A DNA stretch of 32,000 nucleotides from Schaalia meyeri (GTDB lineage Bacteria > Actinomycetota > Actinomycetes > Actinomycetales > Actinomycetaceae). Under the pieces are notes generated by a model. The model was not told the DNA's origin. It did not search any database and saw only the letters and a program-made list of their open reading frames with translations. The DNA lies in assembly GCF_900105015.1 (NCBI RefSeq), contig NZ_FNLK01000008.1, positions 1 through 32,000 of the forward strand, given 5' to 3'. A program made the position numbers and the translations under genes. Shown here piece by piece: positions 8,220-17,586 of this stretch (position 1 is the stretch's first letter; every line of letters begins with the position of its first letter).

Positions 8220-9008
8220 TCAGGCGGCCTGGAAATAGGCGATGAGTGCCAGCAGCCACAGGTGCGCGGGGTAGAACACGTAGAAGAAGTACTTCGAGAA
8301 GCGCGTGTGGGGGCCGTGCTCGCCGTTGTACAGGTGCAGGACCGGGATCACCAGGACCAGCATGAAGTCCGAATTCTCCGCGAGCATGGACACCGTGGCC
8401 TGCCACGTGTCGTAGGGCTGCCACACCAGGGCGAACATCCCCGCGGCGAGAGCCAGGTAGGCCAGGTCGCGCCACACGACACGGGAGTAGAGCGCGTAAG
8501 TGATGACCATGAAGGGCAGGATCGGCAGGCCGCCCTCAATGGGCAAAATGGACAGGACGATGGAGCCCAGCAGCGCGCCGACGGTGGCGGCCCTGTGCCG
8601 CTTCGTGCCGGCGGCCCGCTTCACGAGGGCAAGAAGCGCTGTGCCCACGGCCAAGGTGAGGAAGATGTTGTTGTCGTACATGTGCACGTCGCGGGTGGCC
8701 AGCAGCTGGCCGAGCGCCAGGTTACCGACGGCCATGATGGCCGCGGCACCCCACAGACGCGTTAAGTATTTGCGCATGTTCGAGGTGTAGAGCACCCCCT
8801 CGACCGCTCCGTAGGCGAACCAGACTCCCACGCACCTGGTGACGACGTGGAAGATATCCGCCCAGATGACCGGAACCAGGCCGGGTACGTGCGGGAGATG
8901 GTCGAGGACCATGAGCGCCGCCATCGCCAGCTTGATCCAGTACTGGTTGACGCCCAGTCGCGAACGGGGAGCGACGTGAGCGGGGGCGGACAGTGCGTGT
9001 GCGGACAT
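8220..9008 (-). CDS. Polytopic membrane protein, TraX-family-like
   Basis: Multi-TM protein whose N-terminal IKLAMAALMVLDHLPHV resembles the TraX-family (L/I)K.IA...M..DH signature. The start is set at ATG 9008 (MSAHALS...). Confidence 0.5.
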   Translation of the reverse strand: MSAHALSAPAHVAPRSRLGVNQYWIKLAMAALMVLDHLPHVPGLVPVIWADIFHVVTRCVGVWFAYGAVEGVLYTSNMRKYLTRLWGAAAIMAVGNLALGQLLATRDVHMYDNNIFLTLAVGTALLALVKRAAGTKRHRAATVGALLGSIVLSILPIEGGLPILPFMVITYALYSRVVWRDLAYLALAAGMFALVWQPYDTWQATVSMLAENSDFMLVLVIPVLHLYNGEHGPHTRFSKYFFYVFYPAHLWLLALIAYFQAA

Positions 9009-9146
9009 TGGAGTGCTTTCTCGTTGCTCAATAAGGACACTCCCAGTGTCGCCGAACACGCCGGTCCGGTTCCATCGGGGGCCACCCTGGTGTATCCCCG
9101 TCCCTCCCCGGGGAAAGTACCGGGGGACTGCCCCCATGCCGGGGCG

Positions 9147-9626
9147 CTACTGCGGCAGCAGTCGACGGTCGAAGGGGTCGATAGAGACGCCCTGGTCGAG
9201 GATCGTCCGACTCCATTCGCGGGCGCTGAACAGAGAGTGGTCGCGGTAGTTGCCGCAGGAATACACGTCCGTTCCGGGCACGTCCTCCCACGTCACGTCC
9301 TCGGCGATTGCTCGCAGGGAGGAGACCAGCGCGGCGGCTACCTCCTCAACCGTGGGGGTGCCCCACATGATGAGGTGGAAGCCCGTGCGGCATCCGAAGG
9401 GCGAGCAGTCGATGACGCCGTCGATACGGTCGCGCAGCAAAGAGGCCAGCAGGTGCTCGATCGTGTGCAGGCCCGAGGTTGGGATCGTGCCGCTGTTTGG
9501 CTGGACCAGGCGCACGTCGAAATTTGAAATCTGGTCCCCCCGCGGGCCCATCTCCACGTTAATGAGGCGCACGTAGGGCGCCTTGACGGCGGTGTGATCC
9601 AGGGTGAAACTCTCCACTTCGGCCAT
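9147..9626 (-). CDS. luxS: S-ribosylhomocysteine lyase (AI-2 synthase)
   Basis: 159 aa. It has the metal-binding HTIEH motif and the conserved Cys in [10 protein letters not shown]. The N-terminus [17 protein letters not shown] is typical of LuxS. Confidence 0.95.
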   Translation of the reverse strand: MAEVESFTLDHTAVKAPYVRLINVEMGPRGDQISNFDVRLVQPNSGTIPTSGLHTIEHLLASLLRDRIDGVIDCSPFGCRTGFHLIMWGTPTVEEVAAALVSSLRAIAEDVTWEDVPGTDVYSCGNYRDHSLFSAREWSRTILDQGVSIDPFDRRLLPQ

Positions 9627-9629
9627 CGG

Positions 9630-11600
9630 TCAGTGCCTTTCTGTGTAGTTTTGCCTGCGTTGCTCCAGGCGCATGAGCGACCGGAAGGTCTCGGAATATT
9701 GGGGATCTTCCTCGCTCATGCGAGCGAGGTTTGCGCGGGCTTCCCCCAGCTTGCGGGTCAGGTCCATGCGCACCATTGCGGCTACCACGCCGCGGCAGTA
9801 GGAGCGCAGGTCTGCTTCGCCCGCGACGGGCAGCGGCGCCACGGCGAGCTCCGTCACTTCCGGGGCGAGGAACTCGCCGGCGGTCTCCAGGATGACCTGC
9901 ACGAAGTGGCGGGACGCGGCCCGGGTGGCGTCCTCGCCCGGGCCGAAGTGGGCCTCGGCCTGGCGCATCATCTGGGTGAACGCGTCCAGTCCTCCGGCCG
10001 CTCGAATCACGTCGTGGACCGCCCGGTGCGTGGGAACCGTGAACGATTGGCCGTCCAGTTCCTCAAACCCGGAGCCGACGACGGCGAGCGGGTTCTGGAG
10101 CACCGCCTCCAGCGCCTGCCGTTCCACACGGCTAACCGGGTCCTCGTTCCCCCTGCGCTCGGGGACGGGACCGGGGCGACCCGCGCCCGCCATCTCGACG
10201 GTGCCGGGGCGCGCCTCGCGTTCGCTCACCTGCGCGCGGGCAGCGGCGCGGATCGCCTGCTCGACCGTGCGCGTGTCCATGCCCAGCCACCCGGCGAGCG
10301 CCCGCGTGTACTCCGTGCGCAGCGCCCGGTCCTTGATGTGGGCGACGATTCCGGCGGAGGCGCGCAAGCCCGCCACTCGCCCCTCGGCGCTGCGCAGGTC
10401 CATCTGAGACAGGACGGAACGAATCGCGAACTCAAACAGCGGGATGCGCGAGTCCACCAGGTCGATAACCGCCTGGTCCCCCGCCGACAGGCGCAGCTCG
10501 CACGGGTCCTGCCCGCCCGGTGCGACCGCCACGAAGGTCTGCGCCGCGAAGTTCTGGTCCTCGCCGTAGGCGCGCAGCGCGGCCTTGCGCCCAGCGCTGT
10601 CACCGTCGAAGGTGAAGATCACCTCGGAGCCGTGCGCGCGACCACTGGACAAGACGACTCCTGCGGCGGGGTCCGCGTGATCGCCCAGGAGACGGCGAAT
10701 CACCCTGACGTGCTCGGAACCGAACGCCGTGCCGCACGTGGCCACGGCGTTGGTCACGCCCGCGACGTGGGCGGCCATGACGTCGGTGTAGCCTTCGACG
10801 ATGACCACCCTGTGATCCGTCGCGATCGATTTCTTCGCCAGGTCCAGGCCGTACAGGAGCTGCGACTTCTTATAGATGGGGGTCTCGGGGGTGTTCAGGT
10901 ACTTCGGTGAATCCTTCTCCGTCTCGTCCAGCCTGCGCGCGCCGAAACCGACCGTCGCCCCCGTGATGTCTCGGATCGGCCACACCAGGCGGCCTCGGAA
11001 ACGGTCATAGATACCGCGGCTGCCCTGCGACCCCAGGCCGGCGACCTGGATCTCCTGGTCCGTGAAGCCCTTGGACCGCAGGTGGCGTGTCAGCGCGTCC
11101 CACGAGGCCGGGGCATAGCCGACCCCGAAGTGCGCGCACATCGCCTGGGTGAAGCCTCGATCCGCGAGAAATTGGCGCCCTCTGTGTGCATCCGGGGTGG
11201 CCAGCTGCGCCTGATAGAACTCTTCAGCCACGCGGTGCGCGTCCAGCAGGCGCTGGCGTTTACCCGGCTCCTCGGTGCGCACCCGCGCGCCGCCCTCCTC
11301 GTAGTGCAGGGTGATCCCGGCTTTGGCGGCCAGTATCTCCACGGCCTCGGTAAAAGGCAGGTGGTCGATCTTTTGCACGAAGGAGATGACGTCGCCACTC
11401 TCTCCGCACCCGAAGCAATGGAACATGCCCAGGTGGGGGCGAACATTGAACGAGGGGGTTCGCTCGTCGTGGAAGGGACACAGGCCTTTGAGGGAACCGA
11501 CGCCCGCGGGACGCAGCGTTACGTGTTCGCCGATGATCTCGTCGATCTTCAGCGCGTTACGTACCGCTTCGATGTCGTCCTTGCGAATCAGACCCGCCAT
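9630..11600 (-). CDS. dnaG: DNA primase
   Basis: Zinc-ribbon [11 protein letters not shown]...CFGCG, a TOPRIM region ([16 protein letters not shown]) and a C-terminal helicase-interaction domain. The start is ATG 11600 ([11 protein letters not shown]...). Confidence 0.95.
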   Translation of the reverse strand: MAGLIRKDDIEAVRNALKIDEIIGEHVTLRPAGVGSLKGLCPFHDERTPSFNVRPHLGMFHCFGCGESGDVISFVQKIDHLPFTEAVEILAAKAGITLHYEEGGARVRTEEPGKRQRLLDAHRVAEEFYQAQLATPDAHRGRQFLADRGFTQAMCAHFGVGYAPASWDALTRHLRSKGFTDQEIQVAGLGSQGSRGIYDRFRGRLVWPIRDITGATVGFGARRLDETEKDSPKYLNTPETPIYKKSQLLYGLDLAKKSIATDHRVVIVEGYTDVMAAHVAGVTNAVATCGTAFGSEHVRVIRRLLGDHADPAAGVVLSSGRAHGSEVIFTFDGDSAGRKAALRAYGEDQNFAAQTFVAVAPGGQDPCELRLSAGDQAVIDLVDSRIPLFEFAIRSVLSQMDLRSAEGRVAGLRASAGIVAHIKDRALRTEYTRALAGWLGMDTRTVEQAIRAAARAQVSEREARPGTVEMAGAGRPGPVPERRGNEDPVSRVERQALEAVLQNPLAVVGSGFEELDGQSFTVPTHRAVHDVIRAAGGLDAFTQMMRQAEAHFGPGEDATRAASRHFVQVILETAGEFLAPEVTELAVAPLPVAGEADLRSYCRGVVAAMVRMDLTRKLGEARANLARMSEEDPQYSETFRSLMRLEQRRQNYTERH

Positions 11601-11647
11601 GATCTTCAGTCTACCGACGCGTGCCTTCGGATGCGGAGCAACCGCAC

Positions 11648-12952
11648 TCAGAGCTGCGAGGACAGCATGCCGCACCAGCGGGCGTGCCAGGTGGAGGCCG
11701 ACACGTCGGTGAGCGAGGCAACCTGGTCGATAACCGCGCGCAGGCGCACACCGTCATCGGAGGCGGCCCGCCACTGCGCCGCGAACACGGGTTCCAGGGC
11801 GCGTTCCCCGGCCTCGTACAGGGCGTCAACCAGGTCGGCGAGAAGCGTGCGCTGCTGGTAGTACACCGGCTCGGTCTCTCGCGGGCTCATCACATAGTGA
11901 ACGGCCATGCCTTTGAGGATCTGTATCTCGGCACGAATCCGTCGCGGCACCACCAGATCCGCGCGGTATCGGCCCACTGGTTCGGCGCCGAAGGCCTCGC
12001 GCGTGGCCAGAACCGTCGCCGAACTAAAACGCCCGATCAGCTCGCTTGTCGCGTCCTTGAGGTGCGCCAGTGACGAGTAGGAGCCGTCGAAGGAACGCAG
12101 CCACACCGGCATGGACACGATCCTCTCCAGGGCCTCCTCCAGGTCCGCACGCGCCACCGACGCGCCGTACCAGTCGAGCGTGGAGGCGATGACGGCCTCC
12201 GCGTGCGCGTCGTCGTACAGATCCGCGGGATCCAGCTTCCGCGTGGCCACCGCGTCCTCCACGTCGTGCACAGAGTAGGCGATGTCATCCGACAGGTCCA
12301 TGATCTGGGCCTCCAGGCAGCGTCTGGAGGCGGGGGCTCCCAGACGCATCCACGCAAACACCGGGGCATCGTCGGGGTACACCGAGTACTTGCGCGCCGA
12401 CTTCACCGGGTCTGGGCCGCCCGACTTCACCCACGGGTACTTGCAGATCGCGTCCAACGTCGCGCGCGTCAGGTTCAGTCCCGCGGGCACGCCGCCCGCG
12501 CCGATCACTTTCGGTTCCAGGCGCGTCACGACGCGCAGGGTCTGCGCATTGCCCTCGAATCCGCCAATCGCAGCCGCGGCCGCGTCCAGTGCGCGCTCGC
12601 CGTTGTGGCCAAACGGCGGGTGCCCCAGGTCGTGCGACAGGCACGCCGCGTCCACCACGTCCGGGTCCGCACCCAGCTCCTTTCCCAGTTCGCGCCCCAC
12701 CTGCGCGACCTCGAGGGAGTGGGTCAGGCGCGTGCGGATGAAATCGTCCGAGATCGGCCCCAAGACCTGCGTCTTTTCGCCCAGCCTGCGCAGGGCGGAG
12801 GAGTGCAGGATGCGAGCGCGATCGCGCTCGAACTGCGTGCGTTCGGAGGACTTGTGGTCCTCCGGCACCCAGCGCTGTGAATCAGCTGCCGCGTAGGGCA
12901 GCCGCGCGTCGCCGCCGTCGACTCCCGGGATGGCCACAGAAAACTCATTCAC
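11648..12952 (-). CDS. dgt: dGTP triphosphohydrolase-like HD-domain protein
   Basis: 434 aa. It has the [15 protein letters not shown]...RRL motif and the HD-domain residues HSLEV...[11 protein letters not shown]. The dgt-dnaG gene order is the usual actinobacterial arrangement. Confidence 0.9.
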   Translation of the reverse strand: MNEFSVAIPGVDGGDARLPYAAADSQRWVPEDHKSSERTQFERDRARILHSSALRRLGEKTQVLGPISDDFIRTRLTHSLEVAQVGRELGKELGADPDVVDAACLSHDLGHPPFGHNGERALDAAAAAIGGFEGNAQTLRVVTRLEPKVIGAGGVPAGLNLTRATLDAICKYPWVKSGGPDPVKSARKYSVYPDDAPVFAWMRLGAPASRRCLEAQIMDLSDDIAYSVHDVEDAVATRKLDPADLYDDAHAEAVIASTLDWYGASVARADLEEALERIVSMPVWLRSFDGSYSSLAHLKDATSELIGRFSSATVLATREAFGAEPVGRYRADLVVPRRIRAEIQILKGMAVHYVMSPRETEPVYYQQRTLLADLVDALYEAGERALEPVFAAQWRAASDDGVRLRAVIDQVASLTDVSASTWHARWCGMLSSQL

Positions 12953-13119
12953 GCGACCATCTTACGATGGGCGCGCCCCGGGCGGCCGCTCCCCGAGGGG
13001 CCTACGGCGACGGACGCCTCACTGTGAGATAGTGCGATGCCCCTTTAACGACCTATACGGACATGCTATTTCTCAAGTGTCGCATTCAGCGTTGAATCCC
13101 ATCACGGAAGGAGTCTCCC

Positions 13120-15168
13120 GTGTCCGACACGGCACAGGCAATCCTCGATGCGGTCGGAGGACCCGACAACATCACCCACTTCACCCACTGCGCAACGCGT
13201 CTGCGCTTCGAACTGCGCGACGCCTCCGTCATCGACAAGGACACGGTCGAATCCATCGACGGCGTCCTCGGGGCCGTCCCGCAGTCGGGCGATCGCTACC
13301 AGATCGTCATCGGCGGAGCTGTCCAGTCCGTCTACAACGACATCATGAACCTGCCCTCCATGTCATCCGGCGCATCGGCGTCCAACGAGGACGTCAAGGC
13401 GGCGGCCCGCGCGAAGGCGCGCGGTAAGAACGCCATCGTCGATGCGTTCTTTGAATACCTCTCCGATTCCTTCCGCCCCCTGCTGCCCGTGCTGCTGGGT
13501 GCGTCCCTGATCCTGGCGTTCTTGGCGGTCCTGGACGCCCGCGGATTGGTCGACACGCGCGCGGAGACCATCCCCGCGTGGCTGGGCTACGTCAACTCCA
13601 TGTGGCGCGCGGTCTTCTATTTCCTGCCGGCGATGGTCGCTTACAACGCCTCCAAGAAGCTGGACATTGACCCGTGGGTCGGCACGACCGTCATGCTGTC
13701 GCTGCTCACCCCCAACTTCCTGAGCCTGAATAACACCACCGCCTTCCCGGACACGACGTGCACCGAGACCGCGCTGGGTGCCAAACAGTGCGTCGCCCAC
13801 GTGTGGGGCCTGCCTCTGCAGTTGAGCGACTACGGCGGCCAGGTGTTCGTGCCCCTGCTGATGGTGCCGATCCTGGCTCTCTTGTATAAGGCCTTGAAGA
13901 AGATCGTGCCCGCGAACGTGCAGATGGTGTTCGTCCCCTTCATTTCCTTCGTCGTCATCATGCCGCTGACGGCTTTCCTGATCGGCCCATTGAGCATCTG
14001 GATCGGTAACGGCCTGGGATCCGGCCTGGCGTGGCTCAACGGGCACGCACCCATCGTCTTCGCGATCATCATTCCGATCATCTACCCGTTCCTGGTTCCG
14101 CTGGGGCTGCACTGGCCGCTCAACGCCCTGCAGCTGGCGAACATCGCCGCGACCGGTTCCGACTTCATTCAGGGTCCGATGGGTACGTGGAACTTCGCGT
14201 GCTTCGGCGCCACGGCCGGCGTGCTCTTCCTGTCGCTGCGCGACCGCGACACCGAGATGCGTCAGACCGCTTTCGGCGCCCTGGCCGCGGGCCTGTTCGG
14301 CGGCATCTCCGAGCCATCCCTGTACGGCATCCACCTGCGTTTCAAGCGGATCTACCCGCTCATGCTGACCGGCTGCGTCGCGGGCGGCCTGGTCATCGGG
14401 ATCGGTGGCGGCGCGATCACCCACACCTTCGTGTTCACGTCCCTGCTGTCGATCCCCGTGTTCTCCCCCACGGCCCTGTACAGCCTGGCGATCGCCGTCG
14501 CGTTCTTCACGGCGTTCCTGATGATCGTCTTCTTCGACTACCGCACGAAGGAGCAACGCAAGGAGGCTCGCGCCAAGAAGGCCCTCCTGAAGGAAGGCAA
14601 GGCACCCGTGGCGGCCGCGGAGGCTGCTCCCGCTCCGGAGGCTGCCGCGAAGGCCGCCCCCTCCCCCGCTCCGTCCTTCAGCGACGAGGCCGTGGCCGAC
14701 CTGACGCTGACCTCTCCCCTGGAGGGCACGCTGGTCGCGCTGTCCGACGTGGCCGACGAGGCCTTCTCCGCAGGGGCTCTCGGCCCCGGTATCGCCGTGT
14801 CCCCCTCGGGCGGCACGGTCGTGGCTCCGTGCGACGGTAAGGTGTCGGTGGCGTTCCCTACGGGTCACGCCTACGGCATCAAGTCGGCGTCCGGCATTCA
14901 GGTCCTGATCCACATCGGCATGGACACAGTGAAGCTGGAGGGCCGCGGGTTTACGCCCCGCGTCGCAAAAGGTGACGTCGTGCGCCGCGGGGACGTGCTG
15001 GCCGAGGTCGACTGGCAGGTCATCCGTGACGCCGGTTACGACACGATCACCCCGATGGTCGTGACGAACAAGAAGAAGTTCGGCGAGGTGACGCCCGCAC
15101 AGCCGGGTCCCGTCACCTTCGGCGACACCATCGTGACGGTGAGCCCGAAGGAAGCATCCGCTCAGTAG
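13120..15168 (+). CDS. PTS sugar transporter, fused EIIB-EIIC-EIIA (beta-glucoside/sucrose/trehalose-type, Glc family)
   Basis: The EIIB motif NITHFTHCATRLRF carries the phospho-Cys. A long multi-TM EIIC follows, then an Ala/Pro linker and an EIIA-Glc domain (GHAYGIK...LIHIGMDTVKLEG). The GTG start at 13120 is preceded by GGAAGGAG (13106-13113). Confidence 0.9.
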   Translation: MSDTAQAILDAVGGPDNITHFTHCATRLRFELRDASVIDKDTVESIDGVLGAVPQSGDRYQIVIGGAVQSVYNDIMNLPSMSSGASASNEDVKAAARAKARGKNAIVDAFFEYLSDSFRPLLPVLLGASLILAFLAVLDARGLVDTRAETIPAWLGYVNSMWRAVFYFLPAMVAYNASKKLDIDPWVGTTVMLSLLTPNFLSLNNTTAFPDTTCTETALGAKQCVAHVWGLPLQLSDYGGQVFVPLLMVPILALLYKALKKIVPANVQMVFVPFISFVVIMPLTAFLIGPLSIWIGNGLGSGLAWLNGHAPIVFAIIIPIIYPFLVPLGLHWPLNALQLANIAATGSDFIQGPMGTWNFACFGATAGVLFLSLRDRDTEMRQTAFGALAAGLFGGISEPSLYGIHLRFKRIYPLMLTGCVAGGLVIGIGGGAITHTFVFTSLLSIPVFSPTALYSLAIAVAFFTAFLMIVFFDYRTKEQRKEARAKKALLKEGKAPVAAAEAAPAPEAAAKAAPSPAPSFSDEAVADLTLTSPLEGTLVALSDVADEAFSAGALGPGIAVSPSGGTVVAPCDGKVSVAFPTGHAYGIKSASGIQVLIHIGMDTVKLEGRGFTPRVAKGDVVRRGDVLAEVDWQVIRDAGYDTITPMVVTNKKKFGEVTPAQPGPVTFGDTIVTVSPKEASAQ

Positions 15169-15181
15169 TTTCCTGATTCGA

Positions 15182-15220
15182 GGTGGGGGCGGGCCTCATG
15201 GATCTGGTCCCGCCCCCACC
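15182..15220 (+). terminator. Hairpin downstream of the PTS gene
   Basis: GGTGGGGGCGGG (15182-15193) pairs with CCCGCCCCCACC (15209-15220). It begins 14 nt after the TAG stop at 15166-15168. There is no U-tract. Confidence 0.45.
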
Positions 15221-15321
15221 CGTATGGACGCATCGGGCCACCTCGACAAGGCCCATTCCCTTACCCCGAGCTGTTCTTACACCCCGGTCCACCTGGGCAC
15301 GAGCCCGCGCTACCACTCCAA

Positions 15322-15391
15322 GTAGCGGCGCGCGTGACGAGGGGGAGGCGCCGGAGCACAGGCCCCTCCCCCTCGTCACGCGCGCCGCTAC
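15322..15391. terminator. Perfect 27-bp GC-rich inverted repeat (16-nt loop) at the aroD stop codon
   Basis: The left arm (15322-15348, GTAGCGGCGCGCGTGACGAGGGGGAGG) is the exact reverse complement of the right arm (15365-15391). The aroD stop (CTA on the plus strand, 15388-15390) lies inside the right arm. No U-tract lies on either side. Confidence 0.6.
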
Positions 15392-16218
15392 ACCTCGACA
15401 TGGGGTCCTTCCACCACGTCGAGGACCGCTCGCGCCTGGGGCACGGTAAATTGCCCGGGGGCAATCCCCTCCCAGCCTGGCAGGCTCGCGAAGGTCGCGG
15501 CGCTCCCCAGTGCGGAGCCGACAAGGCGCGTGGGTGTACCGCTGGATCCCATGGCGATGCCGATGACGGGGCGGTCATAGGCCTCGCGCGCCCATGCCTG
15601 CGCCGCCAGAACACGGGCGGCGTCGGTGGCACTGTGCGCCATGCAGGCGAACTTCAGGACGTCGGCACCAGCATAATTCATGGCCGCCAGCACCTCTGCG
15701 AGCTGCTCGTCGCCGGGAGTCCCCTCGAAATCGTGGAAGGAGGAGACGACCAGTGCACCGGCGTCGTGCGCATCGTCGATGAGTTCGCCAGCCCCGTCGC
15801 GCAAAATCTCGACGTCGACGCCGCCCGCCAGGGGTGCGATTCCCCGCACGAGCGCACAATACTGTTCGTCGTCCAGGTACGCCTCTCCCCCCTCCGCCCA
15901 GGTGCGGATGGTCGCCAACACGGGTACGGGCGAGGCGTCGGCGACGTAGCGGGCCATCCCCGCCAGGTCGGTTTCCACGTCCTCGGCCGCCACGAAGCGG
16001 GGGCCGACCAGCGACGACAGGAACGTATCGGCCCTCCACTCGGCGATGTCGGCGCGGCACGCGGCCAGCGCAGCTACCTGTTTCGCCAATACGTCGGCGC
16101 CCCCAATGATGGGAACGATCACCTGGGTGCGCCCGCCGAGCGTTGCCGTTTTTGCTGCTCGCCCGATGGTTGCGACTCCGGGCGCGTGATCGGGGCCGGG
16201 CATTGATGGGTGCGACAT
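15388..16218 (-). CDS. aroD: 3-dehydroquinate dehydratase, type I
   Basis: Type I signatures are present: EWRAD, SFHDFEGTP (catalytic His region), KFACMA (Schiff-base Lys region) and IAMGSSGTPTRLVGSALGSAATFA. ATG 16218 is preceded by GAAGGA. Confidence 0.9.
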   Translation of the reverse strand: MSHPSMPGPDHAPGVATIGRAAKTATLGGRTQVIVPIIGGADVLAKQVAALAACRADIAEWRADTFLSSLVGPRFVAAEDVETDLAGMARYVADASPVPVLATIRTWAEGGEAYLDDEQYCALVRGIAPLAGGVDVEILRDGAGELIDDAHDAGALVVSSFHDFEGTPGDEQLAEVLAAMNYAGADVLKFACMAHSATDAARVLAAQAWAREAYDRPVIGIAMGSSGTPTRLVGSALGSAATFASLPGWEGIAPGQFTVPQARAVLDVVEGPHVEV

Positions 16219-16230
16219 GATTCCTTCGCT

Positions 16231-17586
16231 CTAGTATCCGACTTCTGCCAGGTGCAGGCGAGAACGCTCGGCCTCGGTCAGGTGGGGGTGGTCCAGCCAG
16301 CCATCGGGCAGGTGGGGCGTCTTCTCGCCGCCCGCTCGCCCGCGCGGACCGCGCGCCGCGGGCGGAAACGGCTGGTCCGCGTCCAGCTCCCCCAGGCGTT
16401 CGTGCAGCTCCTGCAGGGTGGAGACCATGGACAGGGCGTGGCGCTGGGCGCCGCCGACGGCGAAACCCCTCAGGTACCAGCCAATGTGTTTGCGCATCTC
16501 TCGCAACGCGCGGGCCTCGTCACCCTGGTCGACGACACACCAGGCCGCGTGCCGCTCGATCACGCTGACCACCTGGGCCAGCGTGGGGCCGTCCGGAATG
16601 GGCGCGCCGTGGTAGGCGGCGACGATATCGCGAAAGAGCCACGGCCGCCCCTGCGCCCCGCGCCCCACGCTGACCCCGTCGCATCCGGTACGCTCCAGCA
16701 TGGCCAGGGCATCCGCCGCCTCGAAGACGTCGCCGTTGCCAAAGACGGGAATGTCGAGCAGCTCCGTCAACCGCGCGATCTCCTCCCAGTGGGCTCTCCC
16801 CGCGTAGTGCTGGGTCTGGGTGCGCGCGTGCAGCGTCAGCGCTGCCGCGCCGAGCCGCTGGGCGGTCAACGCGGCGTCGGTGGCGGTCTCGTGCGCAGAG
16901 TCGATGCCGATGCGGATCTTCACGGTGACGGGGATCTGCCGACCGACTCGCTCGCCGACCCGCTCGCAGGCGCGGACGACCGCGCCCACGAGATCGGTGA
17001 AAAGGTCGCGCTTCCACGGCAGGGCAGCTCCCCCGCCCTTCTTCGTCACCTTGGGGACGGGGCACCCGAAGTTCAGGTCAACGTGGTCGGTGAGGTCGCG
17101 TTCAACGAGCACGGTGGCCGCGCGCGCCATGACGGCGGGGTCCACGCCGTACAGCTGCAGCGAGCGGACACGCTCGGCGGGATCGGGGCGCACCATGTCC
17201 AGGGTGCGTTCGTTGCCTTCGACCAGGGCGCGGCTGGTCACCATCTCGGTCACGTACAGGCCCGCGGGGGCGTCAACGCGCGGGATCGCCACGCGTCGCG
17301 GCTCCCCTCCCGCGGGGGTCTTGCGGGACGAAGCCTGGGCTCCCCTGCCGGATTCGGCGGCCCACCGGGGCACGCCGGTCGGCCGCAGGGCGTCGGGCAG
17401 GCCCGACTCTCCCATGATGCGGCACAACCGCCGGAAGGGAATGTCCGTCACCCCGGCCATGGGGGCCAGGACGACGGGCGTCCACAGGCGCAGCGGCCCC
17501 ACTTCAAGCGGGGCCGCCACGGTCGAAGGGCCCTGGGTCAAGTCAGCAGCCCAGGCGTTCGACGAGGTAGGATTTGACGCCCTCAA
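16231..17586 (-). CDS. dus: tRNA-dihydrouridine synthase
   Basis: Dus motifs are present: [44 protein letters not shown] and [13 protein letters not shown]. The start is uncertain. TTG 17586 would overlap the glyQS 3' end by 44 nt. In-frame TTG 17541 or GTG 17520 are alternatives. Confidence 0.85.
   Translation of the reverse strand: MRASNPTSSNAWAADLTQGPSTVAAPLEVGPLRLWTPVVLAPMAGVTDIPFRRLCRIMGESGLPDALRPTGVPRWAAESGRGAQASSRKTPAGGEPRRVAIPRVDAPAGLYVTEMVTSRALVEGNERTLDMVRPDPAERVRSLQLYGVDPAVMARAATVLVERDLTDHVDLNFGCPVPKVTKKGGGAALPWKRDLFTDLVGAVVRACERVGERVGRQIPVTVKIRIGIDSAHETATDAALTAQRLGAAALTLHARTQTQHYAGRAHWEEIARLTELLDIPVFGNGDVFEAADALAMLERTGCDGVSVGRGAQGRPWLFRDIVAAYHGAPIPDGPTLAQVVSVIERHAAWCVVDQGDEARALREMRKHIGWYLRGFAVGGAQRHALSMVSTLQELHERLGELDADQPFPPAARGPRGRAGGEKTPHLPDGWLDHPHLTEAERSRLHLAEVGY

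Noticed and set aside
11648-12952. The dGTPase (dgt) as an anti-phage dNTP-depletion defence gene
   Set aside because: It sits in the conserved housekeeping dgt-dnaG arrangement of Actinobacteria. No mobile-element or other defence genes lie nearby, and nothing in the sequence distinguishes it from the housekeeping enzyme.
12953-13119. A RAT/terminator antitermination element or a cre site upstream of the PTS gene
   Set aside because: No terminator hairpin lies between the promoter region and the RBS. There is no match to the RAT or cre (TGWAANCGNTNWCA) consensus that I could align by eye.
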